The position numbers and the translations under genes are program-made. Positions 23,323-33,160 of a DNA stretch of 64,000 nucleotides are shown here, in pieces. Positions within the stretch are counted from its first letter, which is position 1. The number at the start of each line of letters is the position of its first letter. The DNA is from a virus. The DNA lies in IMG/VR virus record IMGVR_UViG_3300027763_000036, positions 1 through 64,000 of that record; one strand, given 5' to 3'. A model generated the notes under the pieces. The model did not search any database. It was not told the origin of the DNA and was given only the letters and a program-made list of their open reading frames with translations.

Positions 23323-23926
23323 TGATCAATACTTTCCAGAAATTACAGAAAAGTCTCAAATTTATCTTCACCATACAGCAGGAAGTGGTGACGCAGTTGG
23401 TGTAAGTAGATTCTGGAACAGCAATGATACTAGAATAGCAACTGCATTTATTATTGGAGAGAATGGAGATATTGTACAATGCTTCTCATCTAAACATTGG
23501 GCATGGCACTTAGGTATAGATTCAGAAGACTTTACTAAGAATGGTGCAAAGTATCAGAACCTTAATAAACTTTCTGTAGGTATAGAAGTATGTAACTGGG
23601 GTCCATTGAAACTCCGCAATGGTAAATACTATAACTATGTAAATAGTGTAGTTAAACCTGAGAATGTTACAACATTAGAAACACCATTTAAAGGTACCAA
23701 ATATTGGTACAAATATTCAGATGCACAGATAGAATCTTTAAGACAATTAGTAGAGTATTTATGTGAAACATATAATATTCCCAAAACTTATAGATCAGAA
23801 ATTTGGGCTATTGATAAAGAAGCATTCAAAGGAGTACCTGGAATCTACACACATAACTCAGTCAGAAAGGATAAGAGTGATATGTATCCAGATCCTAAAG
23901 TAATAGAAATGTTAAAAAACCTATAG
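23279..23926 (+). CDS. N-acetylmuramoyl-L-alanine amidase endolysin (Amidase_2)
   Basis: IYLHHTAG, AWHLG, SVGIEV, TH...KSD Zn-amidase motifs. Confidence 0.9.
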   Translation: MKLDLTKIVQKRLDSDQYFPEITEKSQIYLHHTAGSGDAVGVSRFWNSNDTRIATAFIIGENGDIVQCFSSKHWAWHLGIDSEDFTKNGAKYQNLNKLSVGIEVCNWGPLKLRNGKYYNYVNSVVKPENVTTLETPFKGTKYWYKYSDAQIESLRQLVEYLCETYNIPKTYRSEIWAIDKEAFKGVPGIYTHNSVRKDKSDMYPDPKVIEMLKNL

Positions 23927-23927
23927 T

Positions 23928-24086
23928 ATGAAATTTAGAAATGGCTGGCAAGCATCTGCAAAACAATGGGATAAACTAATGATTAGATTTAGAATATCTG
24001 CATTAGATATATTTTCGGTAGAAATAGATATATCTAGAAACTTTTACTTACTAACTATATTGAATCTAACAATTAAAAATAGATAG
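23928..24086 (+). CDS. 52-aa hypothetical protein (not in ORF track)
   Basis: MKFRNGWQASAKQWDKLMIRFRI...IKNR*. Confidence 0.65.
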   Translation: MKFRNGWQASAKQWDKLMIRFRISALDIFSVEIDISRNFYLLTILNLTIKNR

Positions 24087-24111
24087 TCTATTTAAACTTC
24101 TCTAAGTAGGA

Positions 24112-24145
24112 TGATCCAGGTATATTAAGTACCTGGATTTTTTTT
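24112..24145 (+). terminator. Intrinsic terminator
   Basis: ATCCAGGTA-loop-TACCTGGAT followed by a T-tract. Confidence 0.85.
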
Positions 24146-24178
24146 ATTTAAACTTGTTTTATTTAAACTTATTATATA

Positions 24179-24186
24179 TATATTTG
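24179..24186 (+). promoter_or_regulatory. -7 promoter element TATATTTG for the packaging operon
   Basis: TAnnTTTG immediately after a terminator. Confidence 0.55.
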
Positions 24187-24212
24187 TAAAAACTAATATA
24201 AATTAATGTCTT

Positions 24213-24491
24213 ATGGAAACAACAAACCAACAACCGGAAATGGAGATGACTCCAGAACAATTAGAAGAACAAAAGGAAAAAATGTTTGAGTTTTATAAAA
24301 GCTCAATGCCATACCTTAGAGCTCAATTAGATTATGAAGAAATGCTTTTAAAGATTGATGAAGTAAGATTCAAAAGATCTAGCATTCAGTATCAGTTTGC
24401 TGCTATGATGGCAAATCCTTCTGAAGAAGATGATCAAGAAGAAACATCTGAACCATCTAAATCTGAGGGAAGAAAGCTTAAAAGAGGATAG
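24213..24491 (+). CDS. Hypothetical helical protein
   Basis: 92-aa ORF. Confidence 0.8.
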   Translation: METTNQQPEMEMTPEQLEEQKEKMFEFYKSSMPYLRAQLDYEEMLLKIDEVRFKRSSIQYQFAAMMANPSEEDDQEETSEPSKSEGRKLKRG

Positions 24492-24493
24492 TC

Positions 24494-24871
24494 ATGGCTC
24501 TAGTAAATCAAGTACAAAAGCGTGTAAAAATGCCTAAGTGGGATATTGTAAAGTTTCAGATTCTCACACACTGCTACATTAAGAGAATTAATCTTAGTGA
24601 TTCAGATCTTAATTGCTTGACTTTACTAAGTTTTAATGAACCAATAGAATTAACAGACTTTTGTTATGATGCATCTTCAGAAGAAGAACCAATATTTAAA
24701 TCTCCGCAAACTGTAAGAAACAGTGTAAATAAAGCTGAGAAAAATAATTTGGTAATTAAAGATGCATCTAACAAAAAGTTAATTAAACTAAATCCAGATT
24801 TAAAAATTCAGACAGAAGGAACTATTCTTTTAGATTACAAATTTTTAGGAGATGAATCCAAGAAAGGCTAA
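24494..24871 (+). CDS. Winged-helix-like DNA-binding protein
   Basis: LSDSDLNCL...SPQTVRNSVNKAEKNNLVIK...LNP pattern. Confidence 0.5.
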   Translation: MALVNQVQKRVKMPKWDIVKFQILTHCYIKRINLSDSDLNCLTLLSFNEPIELTDFCYDASSEEEPIFKSPQTVRNSVNKAEKNNLVIKDASNKKLIKLNPDLKIQTEGTILLDYKFLGDESKKG

Positions 24872-25226
24872 AAGAATTTATGAAATTGTTTCTGAAGATC
24901 TTAATATTAAAAAAGATTTAGTCGAAGACTTAGTAGAGTTTTATTATAAGGATGTAAGAAAGTCACTTACTAATTTAGATTATCCAAGAATAAATGTAGA
25001 TGGTTTAGGACATTTTGTTGCAAAACCAAGAATAGTATCAGGTTCTATTGAGAAAATTACTAAATCTCTTGATGCTCATGATACTTCTACATTTAAAGCT
25101 TACCACAATAAAAAAGCAATGGAAATTAAGTTAGATCTATTAATAAAATTACATTCAAAGATATTAGACCAGGAAAATAAAAGACAAGAATTTTTAAAAA
25201 CTAAATACAATGAAAAACGTACTTAA
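24852..25226 (+). CDS. HU/IHF-like DNA-binding protein
   Basis: Two N-terminal helices, then RINVDGLGHFVAK. Confidence 0.65.
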   Translation: MNPRKAKRIYEIVSEDLNIKKDLVEDLVEFYYKDVRKSLTNLDYPRINVDGLGHFVAKPRIVSGSIEKITKSLDAHDTSTFKAYHNKKAMEIKLDLLIKLHSKILDQENKRQEFLKTKYNEKRT

Positions 25227-25503
25227 TCTTATTTGGCAAAACAGATCACAAATATTTGAGGGAATTAAAAACTCAGTTATTAGAGATGAAACTGTAGAAG
25301 AAATTTCTAGACTCAGATATGATATCTGTGATGAGTGTCCAGAAAAAGGTAAGAAGTGTGCAGTAAAAGGTACAGCTCCATGCTGTAATGAATGTGGTTG
25401 CTCTCTTTCTTTTAAAACTAGATCACTATCAGCATCATGTCCATTGGGAAAGTGGGATGCTTTAATTACTGAAGAACAAGAAGACGAATTGGAAAAACTA
25501 TGA
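25210..25503 (+). CDS. Cys-rich Zn-binding protein
   Basis: ICDECP...CNECGC...KTR...CPLGKW. Confidence 0.75.
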   Translation: MKNVLNLIWQNRSQIFEGIKNSVIRDETVEEISRLRYDICDECPEKGKKCAVKGTAPCCNECGCSLSFKTRSLSASCPLGKWDALITEEQEDELEKL

Positions 25504-26333
25504 GTATAGTATTTAATGCCAAGGATCATAGCTATAAAAGCAATGATGGCTCAGAAATTAATTGGATAAGTGTAACAACTTTGGTATCACATTTTAAGAT
25601 ACCCTTTGATGCTGAGAAAGTAGCAAAGAAGGTTTGTAAAAATAAAAGATCTAAGTGGTATGGCTATACTCCAAAAGAAATTGTATCTATTTGGAATGCT
25701 GAATCAGAAAGAGCAATGTCTCTTGGAACATTTTATCACAACCAAAGAGAAGCTGACTTATGTTCTTTAGCTTCAATAGAAAGAGAAGGTGTAACTGTAC
25801 CAGTGTTTAAACCAACAGATTTAAATGACGGTATTAAGTTAGCACCATCACAAAAATTAGAACCAGGCGTGTATCCAGAGCATATGGTTTATCTTAAATC
25901 AGCAGGCATCTGTGGTCAGTCAGATCTCGTAGAAGTTGTTAATGGTAAAGTAAATATTATTGACTATAAAACTAATAAAGAGATTAAGACTGAATCTTAC
26001 AAAGATTGGGAGGGAGTATCTGAAAAAATGCTCTCTCCTGTATCTAGTTTAGATGATTGTAATTTTAATCACTACAGTCTGCAGTTGAGTATCTATATGT
26101 ACATCATATTAAAACACAATCCTAAATTACAACCAGGGAAAATGTTTATTCATCATATAGTATTTGAAACAGAAAGTTTAGATAGATATGGATATCCTTT
26201 AACTAGTTATGATCATAATGGAGACCCCATAGTTAAAGATGTAGTACAAATGGAAATACCATATTTAAAAGATGAGGTAATTGCAATTATGCACTACTTA
26301 CATGATAACAGAAATAAAATTAAAAAGAAATGA
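25500..26333 (+). CDS. PD-(D/E)XK nuclease
   Basis: SVTT, GTFYH, E...GQSDL...IIDYKT, YSLQLSIY. Confidence 0.85.
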   Translation: MSIVFNAKDHSYKSNDGSEINWISVTTLVSHFKIPFDAEKVAKKVCKNKRSKWYGYTPKEIVSIWNAESERAMSLGTFYHNQREADLCSLASIEREGVTVPVFKPTDLNDGIKLAPSQKLEPGVYPEHMVYLKSAGICGQSDLVEVVNGKVNIIDYKTNKEIKTESYKDWEGVSEKMLSPVSSLDDCNFNHYSLQLSIYMYIILKHNPKLQPGKMFIHHIVFETESLDRYGYPLTSYDHNGDPIVKDVVQMEIPYLKDEVIAIMHYLHDNRNKIKKK

Positions 26334-26845
26334 TTGTAAAACTATTTGACATACAGAATGGTAAAGTAATTCCAACAGAACATTGCTATACCCTAAAGGC
26401 TCTTAAGGTGGTTATGGATAACTATCCTGATAATTACATTAAAATTTATCAGTACTTATTTTATATGACATGTCCTAACCCAGATTTAAATCCATTTTTT
26501 TATACACCGGATTTAGATAAAGAGTCTTTAATTCTAGATCAAATAGAAGCGGACTTTTCTACTGAAGATGATGATATATACACAGCCTTACAGTTTTGCC
26601 AGAGAATGTTTGAAACTCCCACATCTAGAGCATATAAAGGAATTGCATCCATGTTAGATAGATTAGGTAGATACATGGAAACTACACCTATCACACACGG
26701 GCGGGATGGTAATATTACAGCTTTAGTAAATGCTGCAAAAAACTATGAGGCAATTAGAGCATCATTTAAAGGTGCATATAAAGATCTACAAGAAGAACAA
26801 TCTAGTAGAGTAAGAGGTGGTATTGGAATGGCATATGATCAGTAA
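26330..26845 (+). CDS. Putative terminase small subunit
   Basis: Helical 171 aa, coupled directly upstream of TerL. Confidence 0.5.
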   Translation: MIVKLFDIQNGKVIPTEHCYTLKALKVVMDNYPDNYIKIYQYLFYMTCPNPDLNPFFYTPDLDKESLILDQIEADFSTEDDDIYTALQFCQRMFETPTSRAYKGIASMLDRLGRYMETTPITHGRDGNITALVNAAKNYEAIRASFKGAYKDLQEEQSSRVRGGIGMAYDQ

Positions 26846-29046
26846 TGGAGATATTTGAAAACATACCAACCTATGATAATGGAACTTGGACTGTTACAGA
26901 CTTTTCTTCAAGAGAAGAGTTTGCCAAATTTTTAAAAGACTTATTTAGTGAACCAGGTAAATATAACTTTGATGAAACTAGCTTATTATTTAATTCTGAA
27001 TCAAGAAAGTTCAGAGAAAATGGATATTACTGCGACTCTCCATTTAAATCCAAAGATTTTATCAATTACTGGGATGAGCAAAAACTCAGATGTAGGAGAG
27101 GAGTTATCTATAAATCAGGAAACAACATATGGTACCTTACTAGAGACTATTACATGTGGCTTAACTTCTTACCAATATTTGATAAAGAACAGCAAATTTT
27201 TGACTTTGCCAAAATACGGGATGCACAGTATCACATGGCCATCTATGAACTATTGGCAGAGCTCAACTTTAAGCATGTAGCTATTCTTAAGAAACGTCAG
27301 ATAGCTTCTTCTTATTTTCACATGGCTAAACTTTTAAACCAGATTTGGTTTGAATCTGGTGTCACATTAAAGATAGGAGCCAGTCTTAAAGACTATATAA
27401 ATGAGAAAGGCTCATGGAAGTTCTTAGATGAATATGCTGCTTTTTTAAATGAGCATACAGCTTGGTATAGACCAATGACTCCACACAAGGTAATGATGTG
27501 GCAACAAAAGATAGAAGTTAGAAAAGGAGATAGAAAGAATGAAGTTGGTCTTAAAGGAACTATGCAAGGTATGTCATTTGAGAAAGATCCTACAAATGGT
27601 GTAGGGGGTCCGGTAAAGTTCTTCTTCCATGAGGAAGCAGGTATTGCTCCTAAGATGGACCAGACATATGAGTATATGAGACCAGCAATGAGATCTGGTT
27701 TAATTACTACAGGTATGTTTATAGCTGCGGGCTCAGTAGGGGATTTATCTCAGTGTAATCCTCTAAAGGATATGATCCTAAATCCTACTTCAAAAGATAT
27801 TTATGCTGTAGAAACTAATTTAATAGATAGTAAAGCAACAGAAGGTCTCTCAGGTTTGTTTATTCCTGAGCAATGGTCTATGCCACCACATATAGACCAA
27901 TATGGTAATTCAATGGTAGAAGAAGCTTTGATTGCCCTTGAAGAGCAATTTGAAAAATGGAAGAAAGAATTATCTCCAGAAGATTATCAGTTAAGGATAT
28001 CACAGCACCCTAGAAATATTGAGGAAGCATTTGCACATAGATCAGTATCTGTGTTCCCTCCACACTTAGTAGCAGCACAGCAAAGAAGAATAGAAGAGAA
28101 AGAATATGCATATGAATTCTTAGATATATTCTATGATGAGAATGGTAAGCCTGCAGTAAAGGAAACAAACAAGCTTCCTATTATGCAATTCCCTGTATCC
28201 AAAAAACTAGAAGATAAAACAGGAACTCTTGTTGTTTGGGAAAGACCAATTAAAGATCCAACCTTTGGTCAGTACTATGCATCTATTGACCCCGTGTCAG
28301 AAGGTAAGACAACTACCTCAGATTCACTGTGTTCTATATATGTAATGAAAGCACCAGTTGAAGTAACTAAAGTAACTGGCATAGAAACAGAGACTTATCT
28401 TGAGCAAGATAGAATAGTAGCCGCATGGTGTGGTAGATTTGATGATATTAATAAAACTCACCAGAGATTAGAATTAATAATAGAATGGTATAATGCATGG
28501 GCACTTATAGAAAGTAACGTGTCATTATTTATACAGTACATGATATCTAGAAAAAAGCAAAGATATCTTGTACCAAAAGGACAGATTATGTTCCTTAAAG
28601 ATCTTGGTGCAAATACTAACGTATACCAGGAGTATGGTTGGAGAAACACCGGTAACTTATTTAAAGCTCACATGCTCAGTTATGTTATTGAGTATTGCAA
28701 AGAAGAGCTAGATACAGAAACAAAAGCTGATGGAACTATAGTTAGAACTAAATATGGAATAGAAAGAATTCCAGATCCCATGTTAATCAAAGAGATGCAA
28801 GAATATGTAGAAGGACTCAATGTGGATAGACTTGTAGCATTTACAGCATTGGTTGCATTCATGAGAATACAGCAATCTAATAGAGGTTATGCTAAAAGAA
28901 CAATCATGGATGATGCAGCTAAAAACTTGCAAAAGTCAGAAAATTTGTTTAAATTAAATAGTAGTCCATTTAGGCATATGGGTAACAACGGTAGATTAAC
29001 AAATGGTAATGTATTTAAAAAATCACCATTTAAAAATATAAAGTAA
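26845..29046 (+). CDS. terL: Terminase large subunit
   Basis: LKKRQIASS Walker A-like, FFHEEAG Walker B, ASIDP RNase H-like nuclease, C-terminal NVDR. Confidence 0.9.
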   Translation: MEIFENIPTYDNGTWTVTDFSSREEFAKFLKDLFSEPGKYNFDETSLLFNSESRKFRENGYYCDSPFKSKDFINYWDEQKLRCRRGVIYKSGNNIWYLTRDYYMWLNFLPIFDKEQQIFDFAKIRDAQYHMAIYELLAELNFKHVAILKKRQIASSYFHMAKLLNQIWFESGVTLKIGASLKDYINEKGSWKFLDEYAAFLNEHTAWYRPMTPHKVMMWQQKIEVRKGDRKNEVGLKGTMQGMSFEKDPTNGVGGPVKFFFHEEAGIAPKMDQTYEYMRPAMRSGLITTGMFIAAGSVGDLSQCNPLKDMILNPTSKDIYAVETNLIDSKATEGLSGLFIPEQWSMPPHIDQYGNSMVEEALIALEEQFEKWKKELSPEDYQLRISQHPRNIEEAFAHRSVSVFPPHLVAAQQRRIEEKEYAYEFLDIFYDENGKPAVKETNKLPIMQFPVSKKLEDKTGTLVVWERPIKDPTFGQYYASIDPVSEGKTTTSDSLCSIYVMKAPVEVTKVTGIETETYLEQDRIVAAWCGRFDDINKTHQRLELIIEWYNAWALIESNVSLFIQYMISRKKQRYLVPKGQIMFLKDLGANTNVYQEYGWRNTGNLFKAHMLSYVIEYCKEELDTETKADGTIVRTKYGIERIPDPMLIKEMQEYVEGLNVDRLVAFTALVAFMRIQQSNRGYAKRTIMDDAAKNLQKSENLFKLNSSPFRHMGNNGRLTNGNVFKKSPFKNIK

Positions 29047-29048
29047 CT

Positions 29049-31799
29049 ATGCAAGTATATAACGCATTACAGTTAAAGAAAGGAGCTAAAGTAGATCAAA
29101 ACAGGATGGGTAGTGTTACCCAACCTTTGCAGTTCTTATCTAAAAAAGATAAGGATGAAGAATGGGCTGCTTGGAACTTAGACTGGTTAGAATGGAATGG
29201 TCTTAAGCAAATCAGAAGAAATGCAAGAAGACTAATGAAAAACTATAAGCTTGCAAAAGGTATTATAGATAGAACTGACTATATCATTGAAGAGAATAAT
29301 GAATATAAAGACATTGTAGAATTACTTACAAGAGAAGAAGCAACAGCATTAGAATTAAAGTTTTACCCTATTATTCCAAATGTTATTAATGTCTTAGTAG
29401 CTGAATTTGCTAAAAGGTCTACTAAGTTAACTTACCGTGCAGTAGATGAGTTCTCATACAATGAGATGCTAGAGGAAAAAAGAAAGATGGTAGAGGAAAC
29501 TCTTCTAGCAGATGCTCAAATGAAAATTGTTACAGCATTGTTAGAGCAAGGACTAGATCCAAACTCTGAGGAGGCTCAACAACAAACATCACCAGATAAT
29601 TTAAAAACTCTTCCTGAGATTGAAGCTTTCTTTAAGAAAGACTATAGATCAATGATAGAGCAATGGGCTTCTCATCAGCATAGAGTAGATGTGGAGAAGT
29701 TTAAAATAGATGAGCTAGAGGAAAGAGGTTTTAGAGACATGCTTATCACAGACAGAGAGTTCTGGCATTTTAATATGCTAGAAGATGATTATGAAGTAGA
29801 GCTATGGAATCCTGTAGTTACTTTCTATCACAAGTCTCCGGATGCTAGATATATTTCTCAAGGTAACTGGGTAGGTAAAATAGATATGTTCACTGTGTCA
29901 GATGTAATTGACAAGTTTGGATATATAATGAGTGAAGAGCAATTAAAAGCTTTAGAAGCAGTTTATCCTATTAGATCAGGTGGTTATATAGTTGGTGGTT
30001 ATCAAAATGATGGTACATATTATGATGGAACAAAATCTCATGAATGGAATGTTAATATGCCTTCTCTTGCATATAGACAATATACTACAGCTAGAGCAAA
30101 TTCAATTACTGATGGTGGTGATATCATAAACCAGATATTATCTCAGGGAGAAGATTACTTTGATCAAGGTACTGCATATTTACTTAGAGTAACTCAAGCA
30201 TACTGGAAATCTCAAAGAAAAGTGGGACATCTTACTAAGATTACAGAAGAAGGTGAAGTAACCAATGAAGTTATTACAGAAGACTATCAGGTAACAGATA
30301 AACCAGTTTATGACACTAGATTATTTAAGAATAAAACAAAAGATAATTTAGTATTTGGAGAACACATTGACTGGATTTGGATTAATGAGGTATGGGGAGG
30401 AATTAAGATTGGACCAAACATTCCTTCATTCTGGGGTATGAATAACCCAGGTGGATTCTCTCCAATTTATATTGGTATCCAAAAAAATAAAATTGGAGCA
30501 TTAAGATTCCAGTTTAAAGGAGATCAAAGTTTATATGGATGTAAGCTTCCTGTAGAAGGAGCTGTGTTTTCAGATAGAAATACAAAGTCTACAGCTTTAA
30601 TAGACTTAATGAAGCCATATCAGATTGGATACAATATTGTGAACAACCAGATTGCAGATATCCTTGTAGATGAACTTGGTACTATCATCATGTTAGATCA
30701 AAATACTTTACCTAAACATTCACTTGGTGAAGACTGGGGTAAAGGAAACTATGCTAGAGCATATGTTGCAATGAAGAACTTTCAAATGTTACCATTAGAT
30801 ACTTCTATTGCAAATACAGAGAATGCATTAAACTTCCAACATTTTCAAAAACTAGATCTATCCCAAACAGAAAGATTGATGTCTAGGATTCAGTTGGCTA
30901 ATCACTTTAAACAACAGGCTTATGAAGTAATTGGTGTTACTCCACAAAGAATGGGACAACAGATAGCTCAAATGACTGCCACTGGCATTGAGCAAGCTAC
31001 CGCATCATCATATGCTCAAACAGAAGTATTCTTTATTCAGCATTGTGATTACTTAATGCCTAGAGTACATCAAATGAGAACTGACTTAGCTCAGTATTAT
31101 AATGCTACTAAACCATCATCAAGATTATCTTACACTACCACAGCAGATGAAAAAGTTAATTTTCAGATTAATGGTACAGATCTTTTAATGAGAGATCTTA
31201 ATATCTTCTGTAGTACTACTGCAAACCATAGAGCTGTTCTTGAACAGTTAAAACAAATGGCAATGCAAAATAATACTACAGGCGCATCCATTTATGATTT
31301 AGGTAAGATTGTTCAGTCAGATTCAATTGCTGAGCTTAATAATGCTCTTAAGTCATCTGAGGATAAACAAACTCAACAAAAACAACAAGAGATGCAGCAA
31401 CAACAGCAAATGCAAGAACAACAAACTAAATCTCAACAAGAAATTGAGAAGATGAAAATTGATGCTACAGCTGCTGAGAAAGAAAAAGATAGACAAAGAG
31501 ATATCTTAGTTGCAGAAATTAGAGCTGCTGGGTATGGATCTATGGCTGATGTAAATAAAAATGAGATGTCAGACTATGCAGATGCTATGAAAGATATTAG
31601 ATCTTCTGAACAATATCAAGAACAAACTAGCTTGCAAAGAGAAAAGCAAACTAATGAAAATCTAAGACAATCTCAGAAGATGGATATTGAAAAAGAAAAG
31701 CTTCAGACACAGAAAGAAATAGCAGATAAGCAACTTCAAATAGCTAGAGAAAATAAGAATAAATTTGATAATAAAAATAATCAGAAAGAAAAAGATTAG
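29049..31799 (+). CDS. Portal protein
   Basis: 916 aa after TerL; YPIIPNVINVL; LMKPYQ-x-YNI; long C-terminal coiled coil as in crAss-like portals. Confidence 0.85.
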   Translation: MQVYNALQLKKGAKVDQNRMGSVTQPLQFLSKKDKDEEWAAWNLDWLEWNGLKQIRRNARRLMKNYKLAKGIIDRTDYIIEENNEYKDIVELLTREEATALELKFYPIIPNVINVLVAEFAKRSTKLTYRAVDEFSYNEMLEEKRKMVEETLLADAQMKIVTALLEQGLDPNSEEAQQQTSPDNLKTLPEIEAFFKKDYRSMIEQWASHQHRVDVEKFKIDELEERGFRDMLITDREFWHFNMLEDDYEVELWNPVVTFYHKSPDARYISQGNWVGKIDMFTVSDVIDKFGYIMSEEQLKALEAVYPIRSGGYIVGGYQNDGTYYDGTKSHEWNVNMPSLAYRQYTTARANSITDGGDIINQILSQGEDYFDQGTAYLLRVTQAYWKSQRKVGHLTKITEEGEVTNEVITEDYQVTDKPVYDTRLFKNKTKDNLVFGEHIDWIWINEVWGGIKIGPNIPSFWGMNNPGGFSPIYIGIQKNKIGALRFQFKGDQSLYGCKLPVEGAVFSDRNTKSTALIDLMKPYQIGYNIVNNQIADILVDELGTIIMLDQNTLPKHSLGEDWGKGNYARAYVAMKNFQMLPLDTSIANTENALNFQHFQKLDLSQTERLMSRIQLANHFKQQAYEVIGVTPQRMGQQIAQMTATGIEQATASSYAQTEVFFIQHCDYLMPRVHQMRTDLAQYYNATKPSSRLSYTTTADEKVNFQINGTDLLMRDLNIFCSTTANHRAVLEQLKQMAMQNNTTGASIYDLGKIVQSDSIAELNNALKSSEDKQTQQKQQEMQQQQQMQEQQTKSQQEIEKMKIDATAAEKEKDRQRDILVAEIRAAGYGSMADVNKNEMSDYADAMKDIRSSEQYQEQTSLQREKQTNENLRQSQKMDIEKEKLQTQKEIADKQLQIARENKNKFDNKNNQKEKD

Positions 31800-31890
31800 C
31801 ACTTAGCTATATAGTGCAAAAAATAAATTTTCTTATTATAAATTTTTCAAGTTTATTTCTTATATTAAACTATAAACAAAACCAACACAT

Positions 31891-33132
31891 ATGGAAGAAT
31901 TAGAAAAAGAACTTGAAAAAGATCAAGTTCAGGATTCTACAAGGGTAGAACAAGTAGATGTAAACATTGATGAAATGTTTGGAATGCCAGGAGCAGAAAA
32001 TGTAATGCTTCCAGCAGATGAAGAAAAACCTAAGTCTATGTTCTCTAAAGAGACAGTAGACACCACGTTCCTTGACAAGCCTGCTTCTAAAGAAGAAGTA
32101 GCAAAGAAAGAAGAAGTAGAAGAAACTATTGCTGAGTTAGATAGTTTAATTACTCAAGAAGAAGATGCTGGTAATAAAGGAAGACCAAAGGTTGACAAGT
32201 CAGGTCTTGCTGAACTGGCAAGTAAAATGATTGAGGAAGGATCTTTAGTACCTTTTGATGATGACAAACCATTAGAGGAATATACTACAAAAGATTTCCG
32301 TGAACTATTTGAAGCAAACTTTCAGGAAAGAGAAAATGCAGTTAGAGAAAATACTCCAAAAGAGTTTTTCAATGCATTACCTGAAGAACTTCAGTATGCA
32401 GCTAAGTATGTAGCAGATGGTGGTACAGATCTTAAGGGTCTATTTAGAACTCTTGCTCATGTAGAAGAGATGAGAGAACTAGATCCTAATGATGAATATG
32501 ATCAAGCAGAAATTGCAAGACAATACTTATTTACTACAAACTTTGGTACTTCAGAAGAAATTGAAGAAGAAATCAATGATTGGAGAGATATGGATAAGCT
32601 TGCACAAAAAGCTAATCAATTTAAACCAAAGTTAGATAGAATGCAAGAAGAAATTGTTGCTAGACAACTTGCTGAACAAGAAGTAAAAAAGCAACAACAA
32701 GAAGAAGCTGCTAGACAATACACAGATAATGTATATGGTACTCTAGCAAATGGTGAAATCGGAGGAATTAAACTTGATAGAAAAGTACAAAGTATGCTAT
32801 ACTCAGGATTAGTTCAACCTAACTACCCTTCTATTTCTGGTAAACAAACTAACTTACTTGGACACTTATTAGAAAAGTATCAGTTTGTAGAACCAAGACA
32901 TGATCTTATTGCAGAAGCACTTTGGTTACTTGCAGATCCAGATGGATATAAATCTAAGATTAAAGACCAAGGAAATAAACAAGCTGTAGAAAAAACAGTA
33001 AGGCAATTAAAAACAGAACAGTCTAGAAAGATCACATCTTCTGTAAATGATGATAGAGAATATGATCAAAAGACTAGAACAAGTAAACCACAAAAAACCA
33101 TCTCAAGAACTAATATGTTTAAGAGATTTTAA
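31891..33132 (+). CDS. Capsid scaffolding-like protein
   Basis: Acidic, helical, between portal and capsid. Confidence 0.65.
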   Translation: MEELEKELEKDQVQDSTRVEQVDVNIDEMFGMPGAENVMLPADEEKPKSMFSKETVDTTFLDKPASKEEVAKKEEVEETIAELDSLITQEEDAGNKGRPKVDKSGLAELASKMIEEGSLVPFDDDKPLEEYTTKDFRELFEANFQERENAVRENTPKEFFNALPEELQYAAKYVADGGTDLKGLFRTLAHVEEMRELDPNDEYDQAEIARQYLFTTNFGTSEEIEEEINDWRDMDKLAQKANQFKPKLDRMQEEIVARQLAEQEVKKQQQEEAARQYTDNVYGTLANGEIGGIKLDRKVQSMLYSGLVQPNYPSISGKQTNLLGHLLEKYQFVEPRHDLIAEALWLLADPDGYKSKIKDQGNKQAVEKTVRQLKTEQSRKITSSVNDDREYDQKTRTSKPQKTISRTNMFKRF

Positions 33133-33160
33133 TTAAGTAACAAATAAAACAAATATAAAA

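Noticed and set aside
25500-26333. Cas4 / CRISPR adaptation function
   Set aside because: The PD-(D/E)XK core is present but the four-Cys Fe-S pattern and any cas context are missing.
26845-29046. Intron or intein in the terminase, common in crAss-like phages
   Set aside because: The ORF is continuous at 733 aa with no recognisable intein splice motifs or embedded endonuclease.
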